Part shown: positions 1 through 8,896 of the stretch, one piece after another
Position numbering within the stretch: the stretch's first letter is position 1
Layout: each line of letters opens with the position of its first letter
Source: an uncultured Actinomycetota bacterium
GTDB lineage: Bacteria > Actinomycetota > Actinomycetes > JAHEKZ01
Assembly (NCBI GenBank): GCA_963829525.1
Contig: CAWHIJ010000003.1
Coordinates: forward strand, 1,024,001 to 1,088,000
Direction: 5' to 3'
Length of the DNA: 64,000 bases
Translations under genes and position numbers: made by a program
The notes under the pieces: generated by a model
What the model was told of the DNA's origin: nothing
Database searches by the model: none
The model's input: only the letters and a program-made list of their open reading frames with translations

Positions 1-285
1 CGTCTGCTCTACGTCGGGGCTTTCGTCGTCGTCACCTACCTTGAACTCATCGGGACCCGGCTAGGTACCTGGGAGTGGCAGCCCTACGACCCGACCGGCC
101 TAGTGACCATGGGCAACCCACCGAGTGGTGCCGCGGGTGGCTACGGGTGGTTCGACCTCGCAGCCATCACGCTCGCCCCGTTGCTGCTCGGCTGGTGGCA
201 GCGGCCAGGCTCAGGTGAACTCCCCCAGCACCGCGGGGTGGAGCAGGCCGTTCGTGGAGACAGCGTTCCCGCCGACCAGGGGTGA
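1..285 (+). CDS. Membrane protein, 3' part (runs off window start)
   Basis: Frame 1 is open from base 1: RLLYVGAFVVVTYLELIGTRLGTWEW...GNPPSGAAGGYGWFD; hydrophobic. Confidence 0.6.
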   Translation, partial: RLLYVGAFVVVTYLELIGTRLGTWEWQPYDPTGLVTMGNPPSGAAGGYGWFDLAAITLAPLLLGWWQRPGSGELPQHRGVEQAVRGDSVPADQG

Positions 286-1002
286 AGAGCCATCGAGCGC
301 GGTGATGGTGCCGCCAGCCTCCTCGACGATGGGCACCAGCGCAGCCATGTCCCAGGCGTTCAGCTCGGGCTCGAGTGCCGCATCGGCCGAGCCCTCAGCG
401 ACCATCATGTGCGACCAGAAGTCGCCGTAGGCCCGAGACCGCCAGGCTGAGCGAAGCAAGCGGTCGAATGAGGCGCGGCGGTTCCCGATCTCCCACGCCG
501 GGTCGTTCCACTCTGAGAACGACAGTGACGCGTCACTGAGTGCGGAGACGCCGGAGACGTGGATCGGAACGGGAGCCCCACCCGTTGTCAGCCAGGCTCC
601 GGCCCCTCGCGAGGCCCACCAGCGCCGGCCCAGTGCCGGAGCGCTGACCACCCCGAGGGTGATCGACTGGGTGTTGGTGAACGGAACCTCGTTCGCGAGC
701 GCGATCAGGGTGGCCCACACCGGCACACCGCGCACGTAGTTCTTGGTCCCGTCGATCGGGTCAATGATCCAGTTGCGATCCGCTAGCCCTGACGCACCGA
801 ACTCCTCGCCGATCACGGCATCGCTCGGGTGCGCCTCGGAGATCAGGTTTCTGATCAGTTCTTCGGCTGCTCGGTCTGCGTCGCTCACCGGCGTGAGGTC
901 AGGCTTGGTCTCCACGCGGAGGTCAAGTGCCCCGAACCGCTCGATGGTGAGCGCGTCGGCGGCGTCGGCGAGGCGGAGGGCGAAGGCGAGATCGTCGGTC
1001 AC
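211..1002 (-). CDS. hisN: Histidinol-phosphatase, inositol monophosphatase family
   Basis: ETKPDLTPVSDADR, GEE, WIIDPIDGTKNYVRGVPVWATLIAL, GDFWSHM, WDMAAL motifs; next to rsgA. Confidence 0.9.
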   Translation of the reverse strand: MTDDLAFALRLADAADALTIERFGALDLRVETKPDLTPVSDADRAAEELIRNLISEAHPSDAVIGEEFGASGLADRNWIIDPIDGTKNYVRGVPVWATLIALANEVPFTNTQSITLGVVSAPALGRRWWASRGAGAWLTTGGAPVPIHVSGVSALSDASLSFSEWNDPAWEIGNRRASFDRLLRSAWRSRAYGDFWSHMMVAEGSADAALEPELNAWDMAALVPIVEEAGGTITALDGSSPLVGGNAVSTNGLLHPAVLGEFT

Positions 1003-1082
1003 GGCCAGCAGAGTATCCGCCCGATTCGCCCGCGGCGGCAGGTGAAGCGGGGTTACCCTGCGCTAGAAGTTGAGGAGGTCAG

Positions 1083-1547
1083 GTGCCTGAGACGGTCTTC
1101 GGTCTGCCGCTGCACCCGCTCGTCGTGCACGGCGGGGCTGTTCTGGTCCCGCTGACGGCATTTCTTGCCGTGATCATCGCGGTCAGCCAGGAGAAGCGGG
1201 GGCGATGGGGCGCCCTGACGTGGCTTATGGCGACGGCGGCCTTGGGCGCAACGATCGTCGCCAAGCTGAGTGGCGAGGCGCTTGCGGATTCTTTGTACCC
1301 GGAGGTCAAACCGCTCGCGACGGCCCAGCATGCCGGCAATGGATCATCTTCGGTCTGGTTCGTGCTCGCCCTCTGGCTGGCCGTTTCTGCCGTGCTGCTG
1401 ATCGACCTGGACAGGCAACGTCGCGGCGGGGTGGGCAATGCGATCCTGCCCACTGTCGTCGCCGTCCTGACGATCGTTGCTGCGATGGCAGCCACCGGTC
1501 AGATTGCGCTGACCGTCTGGACCGGAGCCGTATCCAGGTGGGGCTGA
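1083..1547 (+). CDS. DUF2231-like membrane protein (paralog 1)
   Basis: GLPLHPLVVH start, SGE..L, conserved His, 4 TM segments; SD GAGGAGG. Confidence 0.75.
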   Translation: MPETVFGLPLHPLVVHGGAVLVPLTAFLAVIIAVSQEKRGRWGALTWLMATAALGATIVAKLSGEALADSLYPEVKPLATAQHAGNGSSSVWFVLALWLAVSAVLLIDLDRQRRGGVGNAILPTVVAVLTIVAAMAATGQIALTVWTGAVSRWG

Positions 1548-1632
1548 ACGCCGGTAAAGCGAGGGTTAACAGGTCCCTATCGCGGCACGTTGGTTCTTGC
1601 CTCGCTGACCGGTGACTGGCTGAATACCCTCC

Positions 1633-2091
1633 ATGCCGGAAACCATCGGGGGGATCCCCCTACACCCGCTCGTCGTCCATGCCGTTGTGGTCCTCATCCC
1701 GCTTGCGGCCGTCGGAGTCATCGCCATATCGCTGGTACCCAAGTGGCGTAGCCGATTCGGGATTCTGGTCGTCGGTGTCACGGCCTTCGGGACCGTGATG
1801 GTGCCGGTCGCCACCTCGACCGGTGAACAGCTCCAAGAGAGCAGAGGTGAAACCGCGCTCATTGAGCGGCATGCAGAGCTCGGCAACGCGGCGCTCTACA
1901 GCGCCATTCCGCTGTCGATCCTGGCCGTAGCGTTGTGGTGGCTTGGCCGCCGCGCCGAACAACGCGCCCCCGTTCCTCGGTGGCTCAACTTGCTCGTCCC
2001 GGCCCTCGCGGTCGTGGTTGCCGTCGTTGCCATCGTGCAAATGGTGCTTATTGGCCACTCTGGTGCTGAGGCGGTCTGGTCTACCCGGTAG
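1633..2091 (+). CDS. DUF2231-like membrane protein (paralog 2)
   Basis: GIPLHPLVVHAVVV, TGE.L, HAELG, GHSGAEAVW. Confidence 0.8.
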   Translation: MPETIGGIPLHPLVVHAVVVLIPLAAVGVIAISLVPKWRSRFGILVVGVTAFGTVMVPVATSTGEQLQESRGETALIERHAELGNAALYSAIPLSILAVALWWLGRRAEQRAPVPRWLNLLVPALAVVVAVVAIVQMVLIGHSGAEAVWSTR

Positions 2092-3088
2092 CGGTGCTCG
2101 TCGAGTCACCACGACTGGCTAGGAGGCGGCGCAGTGACACCAGCCGTGCGGGGTCGGCCCCGCCGGTTGACACGTAGCGGTCTAGGGCGCAGTGCTCATC
2201 GGTGTGTGCGCACCCGCGCGGGCACTCACGGGTACCCGCTTGAAGATCGGGGAAGGCTCGCATGAAGCGGTCGAGATCGACATGGGCCAAACCGAACGAT
2301 CGAATGCCCGGAGTATCGACCACCCAGCCCCGAGGTTCGAGCGGGAAGGCGACCGCTGACGTCGAAGTGTGACGCCCCCGGCCAGTGACGGCATTGACCA
2401 CTCCTGTAGCACGAAAGGCCTCAGGGACGAGCGAGTTGACCAGTGTCGACTTCCCGACGCCAGAGTGGCCAAGGAGGACCGTGGTATGACCGTCAAGCAG
2501 CTGGTGGACGGCATCCATGGGGTCGCCCTTTGCGCGAGCGAGCACGGTGATATCGAGCGGTGCGTAGCGCTCCACCAGCCCTGCGGCGCTGGCAAGATCG
2601 GTCTTGGTGACGATCACGACGGGCTTGAGTCCGCCATCAAAGGCAGCGATCATGGCGCGGTCCACCAAGCGGGGCCGCGGTTCTGGGTCTGCAGCAGCGA
2701 CCACGATGGCCAGCTGCTCAGCGTTGGCGACCACGACCCGCTCGACGGGATCGTTGTCGTCAGCGGATCGGCGCAGCACGGTCGTCCGCGGCTGGCGGCG
2801 CACGATGCGGGCGAGTGCGTCCCCGCCGCCGGCGATGTCTCCGACGAGGTCGACCCGGTCGCCCACCACGACCCCCTTGCGGCCGATCTCGCGTGCCTTG
2901 ATCGCATAGACCAGTCGTGTCGGATCGTCGTCGAGAACCGCTGTGAAGCGTCCGCGGTCGACGGCGGTCACCAGCGCCTCAGAAGCATGCTGGTGGTCAG
3001 GACGAATCTTGCTGCGCGCGCGTGACTTGCCCTTGCCCGGGCGCACTCGAACGTCGTCCTCATCAAGGTGGTCGTGGCGCTTGCTCAC
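2081..3088 (-). CDS. rsgA: Ribosome small subunit-dependent GTPase A
   Basis: Circularly permuted GTPase: TKTDL, GHSGVGKSTLVN, GRGRHTST, DTPGIR, C-terminal CPRGCAH..C zinc site. Confidence 0.95.
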   Translation of the reverse strand: MSKRHDHLDEDDVRVRPGKGKSRARSKIRPDHQHASEALVTAVDRGRFTAVLDDDPTRLVYAIKAREIGRKGVVVGDRVDLVGDIAGGGDALARIVRRQPRTTVLRRSADDNDPVERVVVANAEQLAIVVAAADPEPRPRLVDRAMIAAFDGGLKPVVIVTKTDLASAAGLVERYAPLDITVLARAKGDPMDAVHQLLDGHTTVLLGHSGVGKSTLVNSLVPEAFRATGVVNAVTGRGRHTSTSAVAFPLEPRGWVVDTPGIRSFGLAHVDLDRFMRAFPDLQAGTRECPRGCAHTDEHCALDRYVSTGGADPARLVSLRRLLASRGDSTSTATG

Positions 3089-3111
3089 CGCCTCAGCCTA
3101 GGGTGAAGTCC
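3089..3111. promoter_or_regulatory. Overlapping divergent -10 elements for leaderless rsgA and SRAP
   Basis: TAGGGT (3099-3104, +) lies 7 nt before ATG 3112; TAGGCT (3100-3095, -) lies 6 nt before GTG 3088; no SD for either. Confidence 0.6.
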
Positions 3112-3930
3112 ATGTGCGGACGCTACGCATCGGCCAAAGATCCCGATGCGCTCGTTGAGGAGTTCGAGGTCGAAGAGTCTCTCGTCGACAAACCTCTGAA
3201 CGCCGACTACAACGTCGCACCCACTAAGCGGGTATACGCGGTGGTGTCCCGACAGCCAGAGGGTGCACCGGACGATGCTGCCGCAGAGCGTCAATTGCGT
3301 GTCATGCGGTGGGGACTCGTCCCCTCGTGGGCAAAGGACCCGTCGATCGGGTCACGCATGATCAATGCACGCGCGGAGACCGTTGCCGAAAAGCCTGCAT
3401 TTCGCCGAGCGTTCGGGAAGCGGCGATGCCTGTTGCCTGCCGATGGCTACTACGAGTGGTACACGCCAACCGGTGACAATGTTCCGCTGACATCGCGAGG
3501 CAAGCCTGTCAAGCAACCCTTCTACATCCACCGTTCAGATGGCCAGAGTCTCGCGATGGCAGGTCTCTACGAATGGTGGCACGACAAGACCAGGGAGCGC
3601 GATGACCCTGAGGGCTGGCTGCTCACCGCGACCATCATCACGACATCGGCAACCGACGCAGTAGGTCGCATTCATGACCGCATGCCGGTGGTGATTGCTG
3701 AACAAGACTGGCAGCGATGGCTTGACCCCACTGTCGCCGAGCGCTCAGTGGTCGAGCAGCTGATGGTGCCAGCGCAGAACTCGGAGTTGTCTGCATATCC
3801 CGTTTCGATTCGGGTCAACAGCGTCCGCAACAACGGTCCGGAGCTGCTTGACCCACTGCCACTCGACGAAGCGACCCCAGGATCAGTCGGCGCCGACGGC
3901 CTTTGGCCACCGCCCGGCAATGACAGCTGA
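3112..3930 (+). CDS. SOS response-associated peptidase (SRAP/YedK family)
   Basis: MCGRY N-terminus, YNVAPT, WGLVPSWAKD, INARAET, GYYEW, HDRMP. Confidence 0.95.
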   Translation: MCGRYASAKDPDALVEEFEVEESLVDKPLNADYNVAPTKRVYAVVSRQPEGAPDDAAAERQLRVMRWGLVPSWAKDPSIGSRMINARAETVAEKPAFRRAFGKRRCLLPADGYYEWYTPTGDNVPLTSRGKPVKQPFYIHRSDGQSLAMAGLYEWWHDKTRERDDPEGWLLTATIITTSATDAVGRIHDRMPVVIAEQDWQRWLDPTVAERSVVEQLMVPAQNSELSAYPVSIRVNSVRNNGPELLDPLPLDEATPGSVGADGLWPPPGNDS

Positions 3931-3946
3931 GGGTTACGACTGGCAC

Positions 3947-4609
3947 ATGAGCAAAGTCGTGGACGTCCTGACGCGGCATGGCCCGGCCCGCTGGCACGTC
4001 GACGAGCCGGCTGGGCGAGCGATGGGCGACTTTGCGCTGGGCCATGGGGCTGGTGGGGGAGTCAGTTCACCGGACGTGGTCATGTTGGCTGCCACGATGG
4101 CGGCTGCTGGTTTCCGGGTCGGAAGGTTCGAGCAGCCGTGGCGAGTGTCCGGACGCCGTGTCGCGGCCCAGCCGGCTCAGCTCGACGAGGCGTGGTGCAA
4201 CGCGATGCCACGCTTTGCCAGCGGCTCGATGCCCCTTCTTGTGGGTGGCCGCAGCGCCGGGGCCCGTGTTGCCTGCCGCACTGCTGGAAAGCTCGGCGCC
4301 GCCGGAGTCGTCGCACTGGCCTTCCCGTTGCACCCGCCCGGCAAGCCGGACAAGTCCAGGATGGCTGAGATCCCCTCCTCGATCCCAGTTCTGGCGATCC
4401 AGGGGGACCGCGACGCTTTTGGCACCGCGGACGAGGTGATCGAGGCCGCAGCAGGTCTACCTCTCCTGACGGTGCTCGCGGTCACGGGCGCTGACCATTC
4501 GCTGCGGGTCCGGCGGCAGGGCCCGATCACCCAGGGTGAGGCCGACGAAATTGTGATGATCGCTGTGCGTCGCTGGGCCCTTCGGGCCGCGCGGGGGAAT
4601 CATCGCTGA
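3947..4609 (+). CDS. Alpha/beta hydrolase
   Basis: [14 protein letters not shown] nucleophile elbow, [22 protein letters not shown]. Confidence 0.85.
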   Translation: MSKVVDVLTRHGPARWHVDEPAGRAMGDFALGHGAGGGVSSPDVVMLAATMAAAGFRVGRFEQPWRVSGRRVAAQPAQLDEAWCNAMPRFASGSMPLLVGGRSAGARVACRTAGKLGAAGVVALAFPLHPPGKPDKSRMAEIPSSIPVLAIQGDRDAFGTADEVIEAAAGLPLLTVLAVTGADHSLRVRRQGPITQGEADEIVMIAVRRWALRAARGNHR

Positions 4610-4623
4610 CCATCCCGGTGTTG
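4596..4623 (+). promoter_or_regulatory. SigR/SigH-type autoregulatory promoter
   Basis: GGAAT (4596-4600)-N19-GTTG (4620-4623), matching GGAAY-N18/19-GTT, just upstream of in-frame ATG 4632. Confidence 0.7.
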
Positions 4624-4631
4624 TGCGTGAC

Positions 4632-5282
4632 ATGACCGTGGCCACTGACCTCGCGCTACCCTTGCGCCCAATGAGCCAAGAAGATGCACCCACGGAATCC
4701 GTTGACGAGCGCGCCGCAAGGTTCGAGCGCGATGCCCTGCCGTTCCTCGACCAGTTGTACGGCGCAGCTCTGCGCATGACGCGCAACGCCAGTGATGCCG
4801 AGGACCTCGTCCAAGAGACCTACGCCAAGGCCTTTGCTGCATTCCACCAGTACAAGGACGGCACCAACCTCAAGGCCTGGCTCTACCGCATTCTCACCAA
4901 CACCTTCATCAACACGTACCGCAAGAAGCAGCGCGAGCCCCAGCAGAGCGGCGCGGACGAGATCGAGGACTGGCAGTTGGCGCGTGCTGAGTCGCATACC
5001 TCACGTGGACTCCGCTCGGCTGAGGTCGAGGCACTCGACCGGCTGCCTGACTCCGACGTCAAGGACGCTCTGGCTGCTCTGTCTGAGGACTTCCGGATGG
5101 CGGTCTACCTGGCCGACGTCGAGGGATTTGCCTACAAGGAGATCGCCGAGATCATGGACACACCCGTGGGAACAGTCATGTCCCGGTTGCACCGCGGCCG
5201 CCGTCAACTGCGGGGGATGCTCGAGGAGTACGCCAAGGAGCGAGGGTTTGTTCCTGCTGGAACCGGCGGTGACCTCACATGA
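4632..5282 (+). CDS. sigR: ECF sigma factor SigR/SigH (thiol-stress)
   Basis: [58 protein letters not shown]; followed by ZAS anti-sigma. Confidence 0.92.
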   Translation: MTVATDLALPLRPMSQEDAPTESVDERAARFERDALPFLDQLYGAALRMTRNASDAEDLVQETYAKAFAAFHQYKDGTNLKAWLYRILTNTFINTYRKKQREPQQSGADEIEDWQLARAESHTSRGLRSAEVEALDRLPDSDVKDALAALSEDFRMAVYLADVEGFAYKEIAEIMDTPVGTVMSRLHRGRRQLRGMLEEYAKERGFVPAGTGGDLT

Positions 5283-5563
5283 CCACCCACGATGCCCGCG
5301 GTCATGACCTCGATTGCTCAGACGTAGTTGAGGCCGTCTACCTCTACATTGACGGTGAGCTCAGCGCCGATGTCATCGACAACATCCGCAGCCATCTCGA
5401 CGACTGCTCGCCGTGCCTCCAGGAGTACGGGATCGAGCAGGAGGTGAAGGCGTTGATCGCACGCAGTTGTTGCGAGACGGCGCCAGATGCACTGCGGGCG
5501 TCGATCGTTTCACGCCTAGAGATCGTGAGAACCGAGATGACCATCAAGTTCGACCGCGACTGA
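5279..5563 (+). CDS. rsrA: Zinc-binding anti-sigma factor RsrA/RshA
   Basis: HLDDCSPC (HxxxCxxC) with upstream Cys and C-terminal CC..AP..LR; ATGA overlap with the sigma gene. Confidence 0.92.
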   Translation: MTTHDARGHDLDCSDVVEAVYLYIDGELSADVIDNIRSHLDDCSPCLQEYGIEQEVKALIARSCCETAPDALRASIVSRLEIVRTEMTIKFDRD

Positions 5564-5607
5564 GGTCGGCCACGATCTCAACCGACTTCTGAACTGCCCA
5601 CCCAACT

Positions 5608-5682
5608 TCAGGACGTGGGGCGGTTGCCGTGGTTGGCCTTCTTCTTCTTGCGGTCGCGACGCTTGCGGGCGCGCTTGCTCAT
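5608..5682 (-). CDS. 50S ribosomal protein bL37 (24 aa, absent from ORF track)
   Basis: MSKRARKRRDRKKKKANHGNRPTS with AGGAG SD; K.NHG.RP signature and position after rsrA. Confidence 0.88.
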   Translation of the reverse strand: MSKRARKRRDRKKKKANHGNRPTS

Positions 5683-5753
5683 CGTGACTCCTGCTGCTGG
5701 CTACTGGGGGGCGCCGCATCTGCGGCATGTCATGGTCCCACATAGGCCAGGCG

Positions 5754-6449
5754 TCAGCCCAATCGGCGGTTGACCGCCGCCAGCACTGCCCTTGCCACGG
5801 CATCGGTCTCGTCCCCCCGGATCACCGCGCTACCTGCCAGCGACTGAGCGCCGAGCCTCGGAACAGACAAGGTGATGACCACGAGGGCGACGGCATGAGT
5901 GCCCGTGTCGACGACGGCTGAGCTTTCGACAGCAGCCGGGAGCCCGAGCAGCTCGTCGAGCGCGCTGAGGGTCGCCGACGCCACCAGACGTGGGCGGGCG
6001 CTTGCCGCGGCTGCGCCCCGTTCGATGCCCACGAATGTGTCGCCGTCGAGCTCGAGTCGTACCTCGACCTCGATCTCCGACCCGGTACTGCGTATTCCGA
6101 TCTCGCTGATCATCGGACGCGCTTGCGCCTCGATCTCCTCGAGGATGTCCGCCGCAGGTGCCGGACCCGCTTCGGACATGTCGATGACGGTTGAGCCAGC
6201 ATCCTCAGTGGATGACTCGTCCTCGATCTGGACGACACTGACGATCCGGTGGTCGAGGTCGATGTCGAACTGGGCCATTGCCAACGACTGAACGTCGCGG
6301 ACAACCTGTTTCGCGGGCTTACCGGGGGCAGCTAGGACGTGCACCTCGGTCGGCTGTGCGTGGGCGTCGGTCACCACGCTGACCGCTCTGACTCCGGGGA
6401 TCTGCCGGATCGACTCTTCGAGGTCCGGAAGTAGGCGCAGGCTCGGCAT
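5754..6449 (-). CDS. Conserved hypothetical protein; C-terminal half resembles the LeuA allosteric domain
   Basis: EVHVLA..KPAKQVVRDVQS N-domain, acidic linker, then beta-beta-alpha pattern ending DAVARAVLAAVNRRL. Confidence 0.65.
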   Translation of the reverse strand: MPSLRLLPDLEESIRQIPGVRAVSVVTDAHAQPTEVHVLAAPGKPAKQVVRDVQSLAMAQFDIDLDHRIVSVVQIEDESSTEDAGSTVIDMSEAGPAPAADILEEIEAQARPMISEIGIRSTGSEIEVEVRLELDGDTFVGIERGAAAASARPRLVASATLSALDELLGLPAAVESSAVVDTGTHAVALVVITLSVPRLGAQSLAGSAVIRGDETDAVARAVLAAVNRRLG

Positions 6450-6511
6450 AAAGGTGAGTCTCTCTCGGGTCAGGGGCACGGTGGCGTCACAGCTTCACGA
6501 TCGGCGGGCAG

Positions 6512-6931
6512 TCATGGAAGGGTCCCACGGTGGGCGGGGTCGGGCAGCGGTCGTAGTCCAGCCACGAGCAACCGGTAGGGCTGAAGCTGGCGGACAGGGG
6601 CCGGCTCGGCTTGGTCGATGACGTCCGCCGGGTGTTGGTCATCGGCCCACACAGGGGCCACCGGGGGTTCAATCAGGGCCTGTTCGGCCGCGTTGGCTTG
6701 GAGTGCGACCAGGGCAGGTGGGAGAACGGCTTCGGCGTGTTCGACGATGGCGCGTTCGCCGGCTCGCTGGAGCCAGCGAAGCCGTCGAGCGAGGTCGTCG
6801 GAGATGCTGCCGGCCGCAACGGCCTCGGTGAGGGCCGCGTCGAAGGCCCGTGTCGGCCCCGATCCCCGAAGATCGAGCACCGCGGCGACCAGATCGGCGT
6901 AGGCCGTGAGACGGCTTGGCTCAGCGTTCAC
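6512..6931 (-). CDS. Hypothetical protein
   Basis: 139-aa ORF, SD GGAGGGGG, typical high-GC codon use. Confidence 0.6.
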   Translation of the reverse strand: MNAEPSRLTAYADLVAAVLDLRGSGPTRAFDAALTEAVAAGSISDDLARRLRWLQRAGERAIVEHAEAVLPPALVALQANAAEQALIEPPVAPVWADDQHPADVIDQAEPAPVRQLQPYRLLVAGLRPLPDPAHRGTLP

Positions 6932-7191
6932 GGTCCCCCTCCCCAGTGGTCGTCTACCCCCCGGGGAGCAGGTTACGGCGTACTGGTGGGGCCGCGAGGA
7001 GGAGTCCGATGACTACATGCTCCAAACGGGTTCAACATGGTTCTTTCTAGCCCTCCGCGATAGCCTAATTGGGCTAATCATGGTCAAGGTTCGGCCTCAG
7101 AGGCCCCTGCTCCTTGACGTTCACACCTGTCACACCCTTCACTTCCGTTTCGGTGGTCTTTTCTTTTCTGAGCGGCCATCAGACAACTGAA

Positions 7192-7432
7192 GAGGGTGGA
7201 TCGGGGATCGGCAGCGGAAGTGCTGCTTTATCTCGTGTCGTTCCTTTGGGAGCACACACCTTGAGCGGAGCGGATGCCGCATGAGCCATAGCGGGGCTCG
7301 TGACATCTCAGGCAAGGGGTGATTCCCACACAATGAGCAAGCTTGTTTCCGCGGTTGAGCGTTTCCTTTCCAGCGGTGCTGGTTGGTCATGGCACTAGAA
7401 ACCGTTGCGCTGCCGATCCCCGATCCCCCCTC
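7192..7432 (+). repeat. Long-range 25-bp inverted repeat enclosing a small ORF
   Basis: GAGGGTGGATCGGGGATCGGCAGCG (7192-7216) vs CGCTGCCGATCCCCGATCCCCCCTC (7408-7432): 24/25 complementary. Confidence 0.9.
7333..7398 (+). CDS. 21-aa small peptide MSKLVSAVERFLSSGAGWSWH
   Basis: Near-perfect SD AAGGGGTGAT (7314-7323) 9 nt before ATG; TAG at 7396-7398; directly upstream of the HD-GYP operon. Confidence 0.65.
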   Translation: MSKLVSAVERFLSSGAGWSWH

Positions 7433-7456
7433 ACCCTTCCCCCAGGAGTCGACCGC

Positions 7457-8896
7457 ATGCTGCAGCTGCGTCCAGCAGCGAAGGTGTACCTGACCGTCGT
7501 TACGGTCGGTGCCCTCGCTGCGCTGATCGCTGCCACGGTGCAGATAGTCGAAAATCCCGAGCACCTCAGTGTGCTGTTGGTGCTGGCCCCAATCTTCATT
7601 CTGTCGATCTACCTGAAGTCGCGGATGACGCAACAGGTAGACCTGTCGGCGAACGTGCCGATCTTGATTGCCGCCTACCTGATCGGTGGGTGGCAAGTTG
7701 CTTGTCTTGTCGGAGTCTCAGCTGTCGTGCTTGATCGGCGCAAGGCCCTGTCGCGCGTTCTCTTCAACAACGCGCAATGGGTGCTGATGGGCTTGGCTGG
7801 CGGGCTGATCTACGACGCGATGGGCGGCATCTCGATGCAGATGCTGCCCGGTGGAGGATTCCCTACGTATCTGCTTGGCGCGATCGTCGTCTCGATCGTG
7901 GCCGTGATCGGCGTCAACGCTGCGCTCATGCTCGGCATCTTGGCGACTCAGGAACAGATCAAGGCCAGCACGATCTGGCGAAACATGGTGCTCACCTCTG
8001 TTGGTCCCTACTTCGCCTACATGCTGCTGGGCTTGCTGATGGCCGTCCTCTGGTCGATCGGCGGAGGCTTTGCGGCTGCCCTTGTCCTCCTTCCACTGCT
8101 TGTCGCCCGCCGTGCCTGGAACCAGTACGCAGAGCAACGTGAGGCGTACGAGTCGACGATCAGGGCGCTGGTGCAGGCGGTGGAGACCAAGGACCACTAC
8201 ACGCGCGGTCACAGCGAGCGGGTGTCGCGCGCCTCGGTGCTGATCGCGCGAATCCTTAACATGCGCGAAGATCGCGTCGAGGCGCTGCGGTACGCGGGCA
8301 TCCTGCACGATGTCGGCAAGCTGGGCGTGCCAACCAGGGTGCTGCAGAAGACCGGACCGCTGAGCGACATGGAGTTCGCCGCCATCAAGCGCCACCCCAG
8401 GAACGGTACCGAGATGGTCCGCGGAATCGCCTTCCTCGAGGAGGCCTACAACGGCATCATGCATCACCACGAGCGGCTCGACGGTCGTGGCTACCCCTTG
8501 GGTCTGTCCGGAAACGACATCCCTGAGTTTGCCAGGATCATTGCGGTTGCCGACGCGTTCGACTCCATGACGTCGACGCGTTCCTACCGAGGAGCGCGAG
8601 ACGTGTCCGAAGCCCTGAGAGAGCTTGAGAACTGTGCGGGAACGCAGTTCGACCACGCCATGGTCCAGGCGTTGATCACGGCGCTGCAACGTGATCCGTG
8701 GACGACGGTGGCTCCATCTGAGAAGCGTCAGGTAGACGTCGAGCTGGGGTCGCCAACGTTCGACCACGACGACCCGGCGGCGAACCTGCCGACCGAGCCC
8801 GATGTCCAGGTGGCCGCCGAGGCGGCAGCCTCGGAGGCGCTCAACGCGCGAATGCTGCACAGGCGCGACGTCTTGCGTCGAGGTGATTGGTCATGA
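7457..8896 (+). CDS. Membrane-bound HD-GYP c-di-GMP phosphodiesterase (intact motifs)
   Basis: About 7 N-terminal TM segments; KDHYTRGHSERV, LHDVGK, HHERLDGRGYP, ADAFDSMTS.RSYR; SD CAGGAG before ATG 7457. Confidence 0.9.
   Translation: MLQLRPAAKVYLTVVTVGALAALIAATVQIVENPEHLSVLLVLAPIFILSIYLKSRMTQQVDLSANVPILIAAYLIGGWQVACLVGVSAVVLDRRKALSRVLFNNAQWVLMGLAGGLIYDAMGGISMQMLPGGGFPTYLLGAIVVSIVAVIGVNAALMLGILATQEQIKASTIWRNMVLTSVGPYFAYMLLGLLMAVLWSIGGGFAAALVLLPLLVARRAWNQYAEQREAYESTIRALVQAVETKDHYTRGHSERVSRASVLIARILNMREDRVEALRYAGILHDVGKLGVPTRVLQKTGPLSDMEFAAIKRHPRNGTEMVRGIAFLEEAYNGIMHHHERLDGRGYPLGLSGNDIPEFARIIAVADAFDSMTSTRSYRGARDVSEALRELENCAGTQFDHAMVQALITALQRDPWTTVAPSEKRQVDVELGSPTFDHDDPAANLPTEPDVQVAAEAAASEALNARMLHRRDVLRRGDWS

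Noticed and set aside
7333-7398. RiPP precursor (WxW, darobactin-like)
   Set aside because: No radical SAM, P450 or other maturase or transporter nearby.
7190-7450. c-di-GMP riboswitch upstream of the HD-GYP genes
   Set aside because: No recognisable class I or class II consensus by eye. An Rfam scan would settle it.
7343-7456. N-terminal extension of HD-GYP from TTG 7343
   Set aside because: No SD, and it overlaps the small ORF and the stem. ATG 7457 has a good SD.
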